NCBI RefSeq assembly: GCF_044704955.1
Contig: NW_027254368.1
Span: 372,001 to 436,000 of the forward strand
Length of the DNA stretch: 64,000 nt
Reading direction: 5' to 3'
Source: Pristiophorus japonicus
Lineage: Eukaryota
Shown here: piece after piece, positions 26,694 to 41,796 of the stretch
Numbering within the stretch: position 1 is the stretch's first letter
Layout of the letters: the number at the start of each line of letters is the position of its first letter
Notes under the pieces: generated by a model
Told to the model about the DNA's origin: nothing
Database searches by the model: none
What the model saw: the letters and a program-made list of their open reading frames with translations, nothing else
Program-made: the position numbers and the translations under genes

Positions 26694-29337
26694 CCTATAA
26701 AAGGCCGCGAGAGGCGTCAGTAGGTGCGTCGGAGAGTCGTGAGTCCGGGGTCGGCGAGAGGCCTACAAAAGGCGTGTCGGTGCAGCTACAGGGAGAGGGG
26801 AAAAAAGAAAGAAATAGAAAGGTGACGTCACAGCCAAGGGGGTAAGTGGCTGGTGATTGGTAAGTAGTTTTCCTTGTTCTTTTTTCTCTTCTATATCAGT
26901 GAGTAACTTTTAGCACTGTTGTTGCCAATTTAAGTGTATCTAAGGGTTAAGTCATGGCAGGAGAGCTCGGACACGTGTTATGCTCCTCCTGTACTATGTG
27001 GGAAATCAGGGACGCCTCCGGTGTCCCTGACGACTACGTGTGCGGAAAGTGTATCCGCCTCCAGCTCCTGATGGACCGCGTTGCGGAATTGGAGCTGAAG
27101 GTGGATTCACTCTGGAGCATCCACGATGCTGTGAATAGCACGTGCAGCAAGTTGCTCTTACCGCAGGTAAAAGGTCCACAGCCAGATAGAGAATGGAAGA
27201 CCAAGGAAGGTAGTGCAGGGATCTCCTGCGGTCATCCCCCTGCAAAACAGATACACCGCTTTGAGTACTATTGAGGGGGATGACTCCTCGGGGGGGAACA
27301 GCAGCAGCCAAGTTCATGGCACCATGGCTGGCTCTGCTGCACAGGAGGGCAGGAAAAAGAGTGGGAGAGCGATAGTGATAGGGGATTCAATTGTAATTCT
27401 GCGGCCGCAACCGAGACTGCAGGATGGTATGTTGCCTTCCTGGGTCAAGGATGTCTCTGAGCGGGTGCAGGACATTCTGAAAAGGGAGGGTGAGCAGCCA
27501 GTTGTCGTGGTGCATATAGGTACCAATAACAAACGTAAAAAACGGGATGAGGTCCTATGAGGCGAATTTAGGGAGCTAGGAGCTAAATTAAAATGTAGGA
27601 CCTCAAAAGTAATCTCAGGATTGCTACCAGTGCCACGTGCTAGTCAGAGTAGGAATTGCAGGATAACTCCGATGGCTTGAGGAGTGGTGCAGAAGGGAGG
27701 GATTCAAATTCCTGGGACATTGGAAGCGGTTCTAGGGGAGGTGGGACCAGTACAAACTGGATGGTCTGCACCTGGGCAGGACCAGAACCAATATCCTAGG
27801 GGGAGTGTTTGCTAGTGCTGTTGGGGAGGAGTTAAACTAATATGGCAGGGGGATGGGAACCTATGCAGGGAGACAGAGGGAAATAAAAAGGAGGCAGAAG
27901 CAAATTATAGAAAGGAGAATAGTAAAAGTGGAGGGCAGAGAAACCCAAGGCAAAAAACAAAAAGGGCCACATTACAGCAAAATTCTAAGGGGGCAAAGTG
28001 TATTTAAAAAAAAACAAGCCTGAAGGCTCTGTGCCTCAATGCGAGGAGTATTCGGAATAAGGTGGATGAATTAACTGCTCAGATAACAGTTAACGGATAC
28101 GATGTGATTGGCATCACGGAGACATGGCTCCAGGGTGACCAAGGCTGGGAACTCAACATCCAAGGGTATTCAGCATTTAGGAAGGATAGACAGAAAGGAA
28201 AAGGAGGCAAGGAGGCGGGGTGGCGTTGCTGGTTAAAGATGAAATCAATGCAATTATAAGGAAGGACATTAGCTTGGATGATGTGGAATCGGTATGGGTG
28301 GAGCTGCGGAATACCAAAGTGCTGAAAACACTAGTGGGTGTTGTGTATAGACCACCAAATAGTAGTAGTGAGGTTGGGGACAGCATCAAGCAAGAAATAA
28401 GGGATGTGTGCAATAAAGGTGCAGCAGTAATCATGGGCGACTTTAATCTACACATTGATTGGGCTAACCTAACTGGTAGCAATGCGATGGAGGAGGATTT
28501 CCTGGAGTGTATTCGGGATGGTTCTCTAGACCAATATGTCGAGGAACCAATCGGGGAGCTGGCCATCCTAGACTGGGTATTGTGTAATGAGAAGGGACTA
28601 ATTAGCAATCTTATTGTGCGAGGCCCCTTGAGGAAAAGTGACCATAATATGGTAGAATTCCTTATTAAGATGGAGAGTGACAAAGTTAATTTGGAAACCA
28701 GGGTCCTGAACTTCAGGAAAGGTAACTTTGACGGTATGAGGTGTGAATTGGCTAGAATAGACTAGCAAACGATACTAAAAAGGTTGACGGTCGATAAGCA
28801 ATGGCAAACATTTAAAGATCACATGGATGAACTTCAGCAAATGTACATCCCAGTCTGGAGTAAAAATAAAACTGGGAAGGTGGCTCAACCCTGGCTAACA
28901 AAGGAAATAAAGGATAGTGTTTAAAGCAAAGGAAGGGGCATATAAATTGGCTAGAAAAAGCAACAAATCTGAGGACTGGGAGAAATTTAGAATTCAGCAG
29001 AGGAGGACCAAGGGTTTAATTAAGAGGGGGAAAATAGAGTATGAGCTGAAGCTTGCAGGGAATATAAAAACTGACTGCAAAAGTTTCTATAAATATGTGA
29101 AGAGAAAAAGATTAGTAAAGACAAACGTAGGTCCTTCGCAGTTAGATGCAGGTGAAATTATAGTGGGGAACAAAGAAATGGCAGACCAATTGAACCAATC
29201 TTAGGTTCTGTTTTCACGAAGGAAGATACAAATAACCTTCCAAAGATACTAGGGGACAGTGGGTCTAGTGAGAAGGAGGAACTGAAGGATATCCTTATTA
29301 GGTGGGAAATTGTGTTAGGAAAATTGATGGGATTGAA
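26694..29337 (+). mobile_element. CR1 5' portion (5'UTR, ORF1, APE)
   Basis: ORF1 from 26954 (CSSCTMWE..CGKC, zipper, IGDSIV, VHIGTN, DGLHL) followed by the APE domain; frameshifted. Confidence 0.9.
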
Positions 29338-29997
29338 ACATAGAAAAACATAGAAACTAGGTGCAGGAGTAGGCCATTCAGCCCTTCTAGCCTGCACTGC
29401 CATTCAATGAGTTCATGGCTGAACATGCAACTTCAGTACCCCCTTCCTGCTTTCTCGCCATACCCCTTGATCCCCCGAGTAGTAAGGACTTCATCTGACT
29501 CCCTTTTGAATATATTTAGTGAATTGACCTCAACTACTTTCTGTGGTAGAGAATTCCACAGGTTCACCACTCTCTGGGTGAAGAAGTTTTTCCTCATCTC
29601 GGTCCTAAATGGCTTACCCCTTATCCTTAGACTGTGACCCCTGGTTCTGGACTTCCCCAACATTGGGAACATTCTTCCTGCATCTAACCTGTCTAAAGCC
29701 GTCAGAATTTTAAACGTTTCTATGAGGTCCCCTCTCATTCTTCTGAACTCCAGTGAATACAAGCCCAGTTGATCCAGTCTTTCTTGATAGGTCAGTCCCA
29801 CCATCCCGGGAATCAGTCTGGTGAATCTTCGCTGCCTCCCTCAATAGCAAGAATGTCCTTCCTCAAGTTAGGAGACCAAAACTGTACACAATACTCCAGG
29901 TGTGGCCTCACCAAGGCCCTGTACAACTGTAGCAACACCTCCCTGCCCTTGTACTTAAATCCCCTCTCTATGAAGGCCAACATGACATTTGCTTTCA
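29338..29997 (-). mobile_element. CR1 3' fragment (young subfamily)
   Basis: Near-identical to the reverse complement of 34820-35465. Confidence 0.9.
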
Positions 29998-30835
29998 CGT
30001 CACCGCGCAGTTTAAATCCAATCAGTGACTGGACGGGCCAAGTGATATACAAGGTCGACGTCACACCTGACTTGGACACTTATTTCCTAAGTTTAGAAGG
30101 TATTCGCCAGATTGACCTGGATCTCGTTCAGACACTACCTGAGAACCAGCGAGTGGCTAAACTTTCCTCAGACTTTTGAAACCAGGGGAAACTGGAGCAG
30201 TATTGAAATCATACTCACTCCAGTGGCCACTTTCCCCTCGTCTCGTCCAAGGCTAGTCTGGCTCTTAATTCGCAAGTTTTCGGCAGTCGTCCGTTGAGAT
30301 CCCTCTTCTGACACCAAATGTTGATTTCTAGATTCTTTTCCTTCAATCTGTTTCAGTGAATACACTGAGGCGAACACCAAAGGAGCTTGTAACAAAGCAG
30401 TCTTTATTTCTCTCACCGGTCGAGACTTATCAGACAGAAGGAATACTCTCTTGATAGAGCGTACACACTTCCTACGGACAAGTAAGTTTTCATTGTGAAG
30501 GCACACAGTTATACATTTTTTGGTACAAGATAACAAGATACAATTAGAGTGACATCCTAGTTCAGCCTATCCCTTTTGATCCCTCCTTTCCTTTGTCCAC
30601 TCATGAGCCGACATCTATATGAGCTGTTTTTACTAAAGCTCGGGCATTGTTTCTAAATGTTACAATTTTACTGGCGTGACTAGTAACTGAGACCTTGCAA
30701 TTCTGCTAATTGTGCTGATGTTGTAATATTTGCAATCTGACATTCTCTTAGTTATTTTTCCATGGCTTATACATTTTCATATATTCAGTTCACTTCACTG
30801 TCTTTATTTTCATATATCCAGTTCACATATCCACA
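29998..30835 (-). mobile_element. LTR retroelement remnant: 5' LTR (30319-30835), PBS (30299-30316) and leader
   Basis: Minus strand reads TGTGGAT...ATCAACA (imperfect terminal inverted repeat), then TT, then TGGTGTCAGAAGAGGGAT, complementary to the tRNA-Leu 3' end. AATAAA lies on the minus strand at ~30403-30408. Confidence 0.7.
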
Positions 30836-30986
30836 CCCGGGGAGCTGGCCAAGCACGCCGTGTCGGAAGGGAAAAAGGCGGTGACCGAGTACACCAGCTC
30901 CAAGTAAAACTCCACGCTGTCCTGACAGAACACCCCAAACACAACGGCTCTTTCAAGAGCCGCCCACAACCTCGCTGAAAGAGCTG
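30836..30986 (+). pseudogene. H2B: Histone H2B 3' fragment with stem-loop and HDE
   Basis: [23 protein letters not shown]-stop (30907); GGCTCTTTCAAGAGCC at 30946-30961; GAAAGAGCTG downstream. Confidence 0.92.
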
Positions 30987-31838
30987 CACAAGCATCACCC
31001 TTTAGACTCAATTTACTGTAATTATTTACTGTAATTATTTCCTAAACAAATGTGTTTGAGAACCTTTGCAGTTCCAGCTGTGGATTTAGTTTTGAATTCT
31101 CATAAGCAGCTTCACTGACCGGTTCGATGTTGAGCCGCTGTTGAATTTCCCGCCATTCAAGCTACAAACACAGTTCCTCTCGCTCTTTCCCATTTACAGT
31201 GCCTGCCGAAGAATTAAGAGCTTGTTTAGGGGATGAGAATCAGATTTCAGTCACCTCATTCTCTCGCAAGCCCTTTTCAAGTTTATTTTTCAATTCCTAT
31301 TGTGGGTCAATCCGTTTATTAACCCGGGACTCCCCGCAGTGTAACAACCCAGAATGGGAGTTCGGACAGAGACCAGAACGGGAGCAGTGTGAACACTCTG
31401 TCCCTCTTATCTTTTCACAGAAGGACCCCCAGTTCTGGTCTCACTCCCGGCTGTGCGGAGGATCGATCCATGATCTGTGATTCCCAACTTTTACACAGTT
31501 TGAGCTGGAATGTGTCCCTGTTACAGAGTCAGTGGGGATTGATTGCTGTCCGTTACAAACAGTTTGAAAGTGAACGTGAATTTAATCCTGATTGTAACAG
31601 CCTGGAATTTGTAAGGGAAATATGGAATAAAATAAAAGGAAGTAAAACCTGTTTGTAAACCTTTGGCTAATTATGAATTTATTAACATAATCCGCACTTA
31701 AAAAAATTATTGGGGTTTTTGAAATTAAAAATGGTTCGAGGTCTGACTGTTGACAGGAATTTCCGCCCTCGTTTCATTGGTGGTCTCAACAGACTATGGG
31801 TAAGGCGAGAGGTTAACATTCAGCGGCGATTTGAGTGA

Positions 31839-32159
<321 letters not shown>

Positions 32160-32725
32160 ACAACTCGACCCTTTCCCCCCAACACAACATAAAGGCTCTT
32201 CTCAGAGCCGCCCACCGCCTCACAGAGAGAGCAGTGACCTGGGGAACGGGGCGGGGGCGAGACAGTTGATTTACATTTTGTTCAGCATAGATACGTTTTT
32301 CGCCAAGATCTGTATTGTGGCGTTAGGTTTATTAAATCAGCATATGCACGATGGACGCAGTGTCCTTTTAGTCTTCGAATCATAGACATTTACGGCATAT
32401 TCCAGGTGAAGGTAATACTGAAACAACTAATGTAGTTACAGCAGTGACCGATAAGAAAGGTGTTGAATTAACCGGTGGGAGGACAGTGAGGGTCTCTTGC
32501 CCTCACAGAAGGATTCCCAAGTCCTGATCAGAAGTGACCCTCAGGCAATCTCGGATATAAACAGGTCAATGTCTGGAACATGTAGACATCTAGACCGACA
32601 AAGACAGCAGCGAGTTTGCTGTTCAGATTATTGAATATATATATATAGGAAAACACGTGAATGAACCTTCCTCACAAGACCGCCGTCAGTAACCATGTTT
32701 GCCTGAGAGCAGAATAGAAACATAA

Positions 32726-35465
32726 TAGAATAAAAGGAAAAGGAGGTGGGGTAGCATTGCTGGTTAAAGAGGAGATTAATGCAATAGTTAGGAAAGACAT
32801 TAGCTTGGATGATGTGGAATCTATATGGGTAGAGCTGCAGAACACTAAAGGGCAAAAATCGTTAGTGGGAGTTGTGTACAGACCTCCAAACAGTAGTAGT
32901 GATGTTGGGGAGGGCATCAAACAGGAAATTAGGAGTGCATGCAATAAAGGTGCAGCAGTTATAATGGGTGACTTTAATATGCACATAGATTGGGCTAGCC
33001 AAACTGGAAGCAATACGGTGGAGGAGGATTTCCTGGAATGCATAAGGGATGGTTTTCTAGACCAATATGTCGAGGAACCAACTAGGGGGGAGGCCATCTT
33101 AGACTGGGTGTTGTGTAATGAGAGAGGATTAATTAGCAATCTCATTGTGCGAGGCCCCTTGGGGAAGAGTGACCATAATATGGTGGAATTCTGCATTAGG
33201 ATGGAGAATGAAACAGTTAATTCAGAGACCATGGTCCAGAACTTAAAGAAGGGTAACTTTGAAGGTATGAGGCATGAATTGGCTAAGATAGATTGGCTAA
33301 TGATACTTAAGGGGTTGACTGTGGATGGGCAATGGCAGACATTTAGAGACCGCATGGATGAATTACAACAATTGTACATTCCTGTCTGGCGTAAAAATAA
33401 AAAAGGGAAGGTGGCTGAACCGTGGCTATCAAGGGAAATCAGGGATAGTATTAAAGCCAAGGAAATGGCATACAAATTGGCCAGAAATAGCAGCGAACCT
33501 GGGGACTGGGAGAAATTTAGAACTCAGCAGAGGAGGACAAAGGGTTTGATTAGGGCAGGGAAAATGGAGTACGAGAAGAAGCTTGCAGGGAACATTAAGG
33601 CGGATTGCAAAAGTTTCTATAGGTATGTAAAGAGAAAAAGGTTAGTAAAGACAAACGTAGGTCCCCTGCAGTCAGAATCAGGGGAAGTCATAACGGGGAA
33701 CAAAGAAATGGCAGACCAATTGAACAAGTACTTTGGTTCAGTATTCACTAAGGAGGACACAAACAACCTTCCGGATATAAAAGTGGTCAGAGGGTCTATT
33801 AAGGAGGAGGAACTGAGGGAAATCTTTATTAGTCGGGAAATTGTGTTGGGGAAATTGATGGGATTGAAGGCCGATAAATCCCCAGGGCCTGATGGACTGC
33901 ATCCCAGAGTACTTAAGGAGGTGGCCTTGGAAATAGCGGATGCATTGACAGTCATTTTCCAACATTCCATTGACTCTGGATCAGTTCCTATCGAGTGGAG
34001 GGTAGCCAATGTAACCCCACTTTTTAAAAAAGGAGGGAGAGAGAAAGCAGGGAATTATAGACCGGTCAGCCTGACCTCAGTAGTGGGTAAAATGATGGAA
34101 TCAATTATTAAGGATGTCATAGCAGCGCATTTGGAAAATGGTGACATGATAGGTCCAAGTCAGCATGGATTTGTGAAAGGGAGATCATGCTTGACAAATC
34201 TTCTGGAATTTTTTGAGGATGTTTCCAATAAAGTGGACAAAGGAGTACCATTTGATGTGGTATATTTGGACTTTCAGAAGGCTTTCGACAAGGTCCCACA
34301 CAGGAGATTAATGTGCAAAGTTAAAGCACATGGGATTGGGGGTAGTGTGCTGACATGGATTGAGAACTGGTTGTCAGACAGGAAGCAAAGAGTAGGAGTA
34401 AATGGGTACTTTTCGGAATGGCAGGCAGTGACTAGTGGGGTACCGCAGGGTTCTGTGTTGGGGCCCCAGCTGTTTACATTGTACATTAATGATTTAGACG
34501 AGGGGATTAAATGTAGTATCTCCAAATTTGCGGATGACACTAAGTTGGGTGGCAGTGTGAGCTGCGAGGAGGATGCTATGAGGCTACAGAGTGACTTGGA
34601 TAGGATAGGTGAGTGGGCAAATGCGTGGCAGATGAAGTATAATGTGGATAAATGTGAGGTTATCCACTTTGGTGGTAAAAACAGAGAGACAGACTATTAT
34701 CTGAATGGTGACAGATTAGGAAAAGGGAAGGTGCAACGAGACCTGGGTGTCATGGTACATCAGTCATTGAAGGTTGGCATGCAGGTACAGCAGGCGGTTA
34801 AGAAAGCAAATGGCATGTTGGCCTTCATAGCGAGGGGATTTGAGTACAGGGGCAGGGAGGTGTTGCTACAGTTGTACAGAGCCTTGGTGAGGCCACACCT
34901 GGAGTATTGTGTACAGTTTTGGTCTCCTAACTTGAGGAAGGACATTCTTGCCATTGAGGGAGTGCAGCGAAGATTCACCAGACTGATTCCCGGGATGGTG
35001 GGACTGACCTATCAAGAAAGACTGGATCAACTGGGCTTGTATTCACTGGAGTTCAGAAGAGTGAGAGGGGACCTCATAGAAACGTTTAAGATTCTGACGG
35101 GTTTGGACAGGTTGGATGCAGGAAGAATGTTCCCAATGTTGGGGAAGTCCAGAACCAGGGGTCACAGTCTAAGGATAAGGGGTAAGCCATTTAGGACCGA
35201 GATAAGGAGAAACTTCTTCACCCAGAGAGTGGTGAACCTGTGGAATTCTCTACCACAAGAAGTAGTTGAGGCCAATTCACTAAATATATTCAAAAGGGAG
35301 TTAGATGAAGTCCTTACTACTCGGGGGATCAAGGGGTATGGCGTGAAAGCAGGAAGTGGGTACTGAAGTTTCATGTTCAGCCATGAACTCATTGAATGGC
35401 GGTGCAGGCTTGAAGGGCTGAATGGCCTGCTCCTGCACCTATTTTCTATGTTTCTATGTTTCTAT
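32726..35465 (+). mobile_element. Young 5'-truncated CR1 with an uninterrupted 869-aa ORF2 segment
   Basis: ORF 32757-35366 (APE C-half plus RT, FADD) and a (tttctatg)n tail. The empty site is visible in the paralogous spacer at ~41505-41560; TSD ~ATAA. Confidence 0.96.
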
Positions 35466-35559
35466 AAAGAACAGAGTATAAATCTGGAGGGGATGTAACT
35501 GATGACCTCATACAAGAATTTGAGATTGTGGCGAGCAATAAATCTGATTGGATGTTTAA

Positions 35560-35700
35560 AGAGACCAATCAGAGACATATGGAACAATGGAAATTGACAA
35601 CGCAACCAATGAACCAATCACATTCATTGCCTTCACCCATCCCTCATTAGCATAGGGCTGTGGGCGGAGTGTGGGGGCTGCCTATATAATGCGAGCCCGG
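35560..35700 (+). promoter_or_regulatory. H2B promoter
   Basis: Several CCAAT boxes, octamer-like CTCATTAGCAT (35643-35653), a GC box and TATATAA (35683-35689). A paralogous promoter lies at ~41620-41750. Confidence 0.8.
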
Positions 35701-35741
35701 AGCAAAGCTCCCTTCAGATCTGTGCCTGACTGAACAAGATG

Positions 35742-36108
<367 letters not shown>

Positions 36109-37034
36109 AACTCCACGCTGTCCTGACCGAACAAACCCCAAACACAACGGCTCTTTTAAGAGCCATCCACAACATCATTGAAAGAGCTGCACAAACCCTT
36201 TATACTGAATTTACTGTAATTATTTCCCGAACAAGTGTGTGTGAGAACCTTTGCAGTACTAGTTATAGATTCAGTTTTGAATTCTCAAGCAGCTTCGCTG
36301 TCTGGTTCGACCTTGGCGTCGCTGGAATTTCCCGCAGTGAGTAAACTCCAAACACTGTCCCTGGTCGCATTCCCTTTGCTCTCAGCCCCGTTCATTCACA
36401 GCGCCTGCTGACAAAGGACTTATTTTGGGGGGCGGGGAAACTCCGATTTCAGTCATACATTCTCACTCAAGCCCTTTTCACTTTTTTTTTTATTCCGTTG
36501 CGGCTCAGTCCGTTATTAACCTGAGACTTCCCTCAGTGTAATAACCCAGAACGGGAGCAGTTTGAACACACTATCTCTCTTCACAGAAGAACGCCCAGTT
36601 CTGGTCTCACTTCCACAGCAGTTTCTGTGAAAAGAAGTTCACTTTTACAAAGATGAGCTGGAATGTGTCCCATTACAGAATCAATGGGGACTGAGTCCCG
36701 CCCGTTACAGACAGTTTGAAACTGAAGCCGAATGTAATCCTGATTGTAGCAGCCTGGAATTTGCAAGGGAAATATGGAATAAGATAAAAGGAAAGTGTTT
36801 TGAAGTATTTGCTAATGGTGAAGTTACTAGTATAATTCACAATTTTAACAATTATTGGCGGGATTTTTTAATTTAAAAAATCGTTAGCTTCTGACTGTTG
36901 AGAACCAGTAATTTCCGCCCTCCTTTCATTGGTGGACTAAGCAGGCTGTGATTGGTCAGCGGAAACGACCAATGAAATTCACTACAGAATGACCAATTAC
37001 AACTTCACTCCCTGAATCCCTCCAGAAGCTATAA

Positions 37035-37478
<444 letters not shown>

Positions 37479-37914
37479 AGCGGACAGATTTAATCTAATA
37501 ACCCAAAGGCTCTTTTCAGAGCCACCCACAGTATCTGTGAAAGGCTGCTTACTGTCTGAATGGAGACTTTGAGGTAATGTACCGATAAATTGGCCTATTT
37601 CAGACCTGTATGCGGGAGTTTTCAGTTATCTGTCTCTGCATTACGGTTCTCTACTCACACAAACGCTCTTCTAGTTAGCAGCGAATAATTGAACTACAGT
37701 TGTTAAAGACTCAAAAATTGTATAAATACCGCAACCGGTTCCCTAAATATTTTTTAGTCTGTCAATGAAAGCTGTATGAAGAGAGTCGGCGGTTATTAAA
37801 AGGGCCTAGTTTAATTCTGGTCTGGTTTGAGAGTTTGAATGCTGGTTCTGTTCTCGGGAGCTCCGGCCGTTTCCGGGCTGTGTATTTCTTTCCTGAGCCG
37901 GTCAGTTCAGACCG

Positions 37915-38046
37915 ACACTGAGCAGCCAAGCGCAAGATGGTCACTGCCATGGATGTGGTGTACGCTCTGAAACGGCTGGGCCGCATTCTATGGATTCAAC
38001 GCGACCCTCTTCCCCCAAGCAAAAAGCAAAGGCTCTTCTAAGAGCC
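37915..38046 (+). pseudogene. H4: Histone H4 3' fragment with stem-loop
   Basis: AKRKMVTAMDVVYALKRLGR; GGCTCTTCTAAGAGCC at 38031-38046. Confidence 0.88.
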
Positions 38047-38201
38047 ACCCACCGCTTCACAGGCGGGCGGGGGAGGGAGAGATAGTTGATTTACATGTTG
38101 TTCTGTACAGATATATATTTTTCGCCAAGGTCTATGTTTTCAATCAGCAAATGCACGATGAACGGAATATCCTTTTAAGTCTGAGAATTATAGACATTTA
38201 T

Positions 38202-41193
38202 CATCGAAGCTTACATAGAAACATAGAAAATAGGTGCAGGAGTAGGCCATTCGGCCCTTCGAGCCTGCACCGCCATTCAATGAGTTCATGGCTGAACATG
38301 CAACTTCAGTACCCCATTCCTGCTTTCTCGCTATACCCCATGATCCCCCTAGTAGTAAGGACTACATCTAACTCCTTTTTGAATATATTTAATGAATTGG
38401 CCTCAACAACTTTCTGTGGTAGAGAATTCCACAGGTTCACCACTCTCTGGATGAAGAAGTTTCTCCTCATCTCAGTCCTAAATGGCTTACCCCTTATCCT
38501 TCGACGGTGACCCCTGGTTCTGGACTTCCCCAACATTGGGAACATTCTTCCTGCATCTAACCTGTCTAAACCATTCAGAATTTTAAACGTTTCTATGAGA
38601 TCCCCTCTCATTCTTCTGAACTCCAGTGAATACAAGCCCAGTTGATCCAGTCTTTCTTCATATGTCAGTCCCGCCATCCCGAGAATCAGTCTGGTGAACC
38701 TTCGCTGCAGTCCCTCAATAGCAAGAATGTCCTTCAAGTTAGGAGACCAAAATTGGACACAATACTCCAGGTGTGGCCTCACCAAGGCCCTGTACAACTG
38801 TAGTAACACCTCCCTGCCCCTGTACTCAAATCCCCTCGCTATGAAGGCCAACATGCCATTTGCCTTCTTAACCGCCTGCTGTACCTGCATTCCAACCTTC
38901 AATGACTGATGTACCATGACACCCAGGTCTCGTTGCACCTCCCCTTTTCCTAATCTGTCACCATTCAGATAATAGTCTGTATCTCTATTTTTACAACCAA
39001 AGTGGATAACCTCAAATTTATCCACATTATACTTCATCTGCCATGCATTTGCCCACTCACCTGACCTATTCAAGTCACTCTGCAGTCTCATAGCATCCTC
39101 CTCACAACTCTCACTGCCACCCAACTTAGTGTCATCCGCAAATTTGGAGATACTACATTTAATTCCCTTGTCTAAATCATTAATGTACAATGTAAACAGC
39201 TGGGGCCCCAGCACAGAACCTTGCGGTACCCCACTAGTCACTGCCTGCCATTCTGAAAAGTACCCTATTACTCCTACTCTTTGCTTCCTGTCATAAGAGT
39301 TAGGAACAGAGGTAGGCCATCTAGCCCCTCGAGCCTGCTCCGCCATTCAACAAGATCATGGCCGATCTGGCCATGGACTCAGCTCCACTTACCTGCCCGC
39401 TCCCCGTAACCCTTAATTCCCTTATTGGTTAAAAATCTATCTATCTGTGATTTGAATACATTCAATGAGCTAGCCTCAACTGCTTCCTTGGGCAGAGAAT
39501 TCCACAGATTCACAATCCTCTGGGAGAAGAAATTCCTTCTCAACTCGGTTTCAAATTGGCTCCCCCGTATTTTGAGGCTGTGTCCCCTAGTTCTAGTCTC
39601 CCTGACCCATGGAAACAACCTCTCTGCCTCTATCTTGTCTATCCCTTTCATTATTTTAAATGTTTCTATAAGATCACCCCTCATCCTTCTGAACTCCAAC
39701 GAGTAAAGACCCAGTCCACTCAATCTATCATCATAAGGTAACCCCCTCATCTCCGGAATCAGCCTAGTGAATCGTTTCTGTACCCCCTCCAAAGCTAGTA
39801 TATCCTTCCTTAAGTAAGGTGACCAAAACTGCCAACCAGTTCTCAATCCACGTCAGCACACTACCCCCAATCCCATGTGCTTTAACTTTGCTCATTAATC
39901 TCTTGTGTGGGACCTTGTCGAAAGCCTTCTGAAAGACCAAATACACCACATCAACTGGTTCTCCCTTGTCCACTCTACTGGAAACATCCTCAAAAAATTC
40001 CAGAAGATTTGTCAAGCATGCTTTCGCTTTCACAAATCCATGCTGACTTGGACCTATCATGTCACCTCTTTCCAAATGCGCTGCTATGACATCCTTAATA
40101 ATTGATTCCATCATTTTACCCACTACTGATGTCAGGCTGTCTGGTCTATAATTCCCTGTTTTCTCTCTCCCTCCTTTTTTAAAAAGTGGGGTTACATTGG
40201 CTACCCTCCACTCCATAGGAACTGATCCAGAGTCTATGGAATGTTGGAAAATGACTGTCAATGCACCTGCTATTTCCAAGGCCACTTCCTTAAGTACTCT
40301 GGGATGCAGACCATCAGGCCCTGGGGATTTAGCGGCCTTCAATCCCATCAATTTCCCCAACACAATTTCCCAACTAATAAGGATTTCTCTCAGTTCCTCT
40401 TCCTTACTAGACCCTCTGACCTCTCTTACATCTGGAAGGTTGGTTGTGTCCTCCTTAGTGAATACCGAACCAAAGTACTTGTTCAATTGGTCTGCCATTT
40501 CTTTGTTCCCAGTTATGACTTCCCCTGATTCAGGCTGCAGGGGACCTACGTTTGTCTTTACTAACCTTTTTCTCTTTACATATCTATAGAAGCTTTTGCA
40601 GTCCATTCTAATGATCCCTGCAAGCTTCCTCTCGTACTCTATTTTCCCTGCCCTAATCAAACCCTTTGTCCTCCTGTGCTGAGTTCTAAATTTCTCCCAA
40701 TCCCCGAGTTCGCTGCTATTTCTGGCCAATTTGTATGCCACTTCCTTGGCTTTAATACTATCCCTGATTTCCCTTGATAGCCATGGTTGAGCCACCTTCC
40801 TTTTTTTATTTTTACACCAGACAGGAATGTACAATTGTAGTTCATCCATGCGGTCTCTAAATGTCTGCCATTGCCCATCCACTGTCAACCCCTTACAGCA
40901 CGGAAGGAGGCCACTTCGGCCCATCGTGTCCGCGCCGGCCAACAAGAGGCTATCCAGCGGAATCCCACTTTCCAGCTCTAGGTCCGAAACCCTGCAGGTT
41001 ACGGCACTTCAAGTGCACATCCAAGTAGTTTTAAATGTGATGAGGGTTTCTGCCTCTATCACCCTTTCAGGCAGTGAGTTCCAGACCCCACCACCCTCCG
41101 GGTGAAGACATTTCCCCTCGAAACCTTCTACCAATTACTTTAAATTTATGCCCTCTGTGCTAAGGGAAATAGGCCCTTTACGGCACAGAAGGT
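38202..41193 (-). mobile_element. Three-level nested CR1 insertions in the histone spacer
   Basis: An outer CR1 tail (38202-38215 plus 40892-41190) is split by a young CR1 (~38214-40892, duplicated cttaca), which is itself split by another subfamily's 3' end (39293-39829). Confidence 0.85.
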
Positions 41194-41796
41194 ACGGCAT
41201 ATTTCAGATGAAGGTAATACAGAAACAGCTAATGTTGTTACAGCAGTGACTGATAAGAAAGGTGTTGAATTAAACGGTGAGCGGAAGGACAGTGAGGGTC
41301 TCTTGCCCTCAAAGAAGGATTCCCAGGTCCTGATCAGAAGTGACCCTCAGGCAATCTCGGTGATAAACCGGTTAATGTCTCTCGAACATGTAGAAATCTA
41401 GATCGACAGTGACTTTGCTGTTCAGATTATTGAATATATATATATATATAGGAAAACACGTGAATGAACCTTCCTCACAAGACCGTCCGTCAGTAACCAT
41501 TTTTGCCTGAGAGCAGAATAGAAACATAAAGAACAGAGTATAAATCGGGAGGGGATGTAATTGATGACTTTGAATTTGAGATTGTGGCGAGCAATAAATT
41601 TGATTGGTCTCTTTAAACACCCAATCAGAGAGATACAGAACAATAGAAATTGACAACGCAGCCAACGAACCAATCACAGTCATTGCCTTCACCCATCCCT
41701 CATTCGCATCGGGCTGTGGGCGGAGTGTGGGGCTGCCTATATAATGCGAGCTCCGAGCTGAGTTTCCTTCATAATTGTGCCTGACTGAACAAGACG

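Noticed and set aside
32672-33475. Long antisense ORFs over CR1 ORF2 (also 58381-59082)
   Set aside because: Shadow frames of the LINE coding sequence with no independent evidence.
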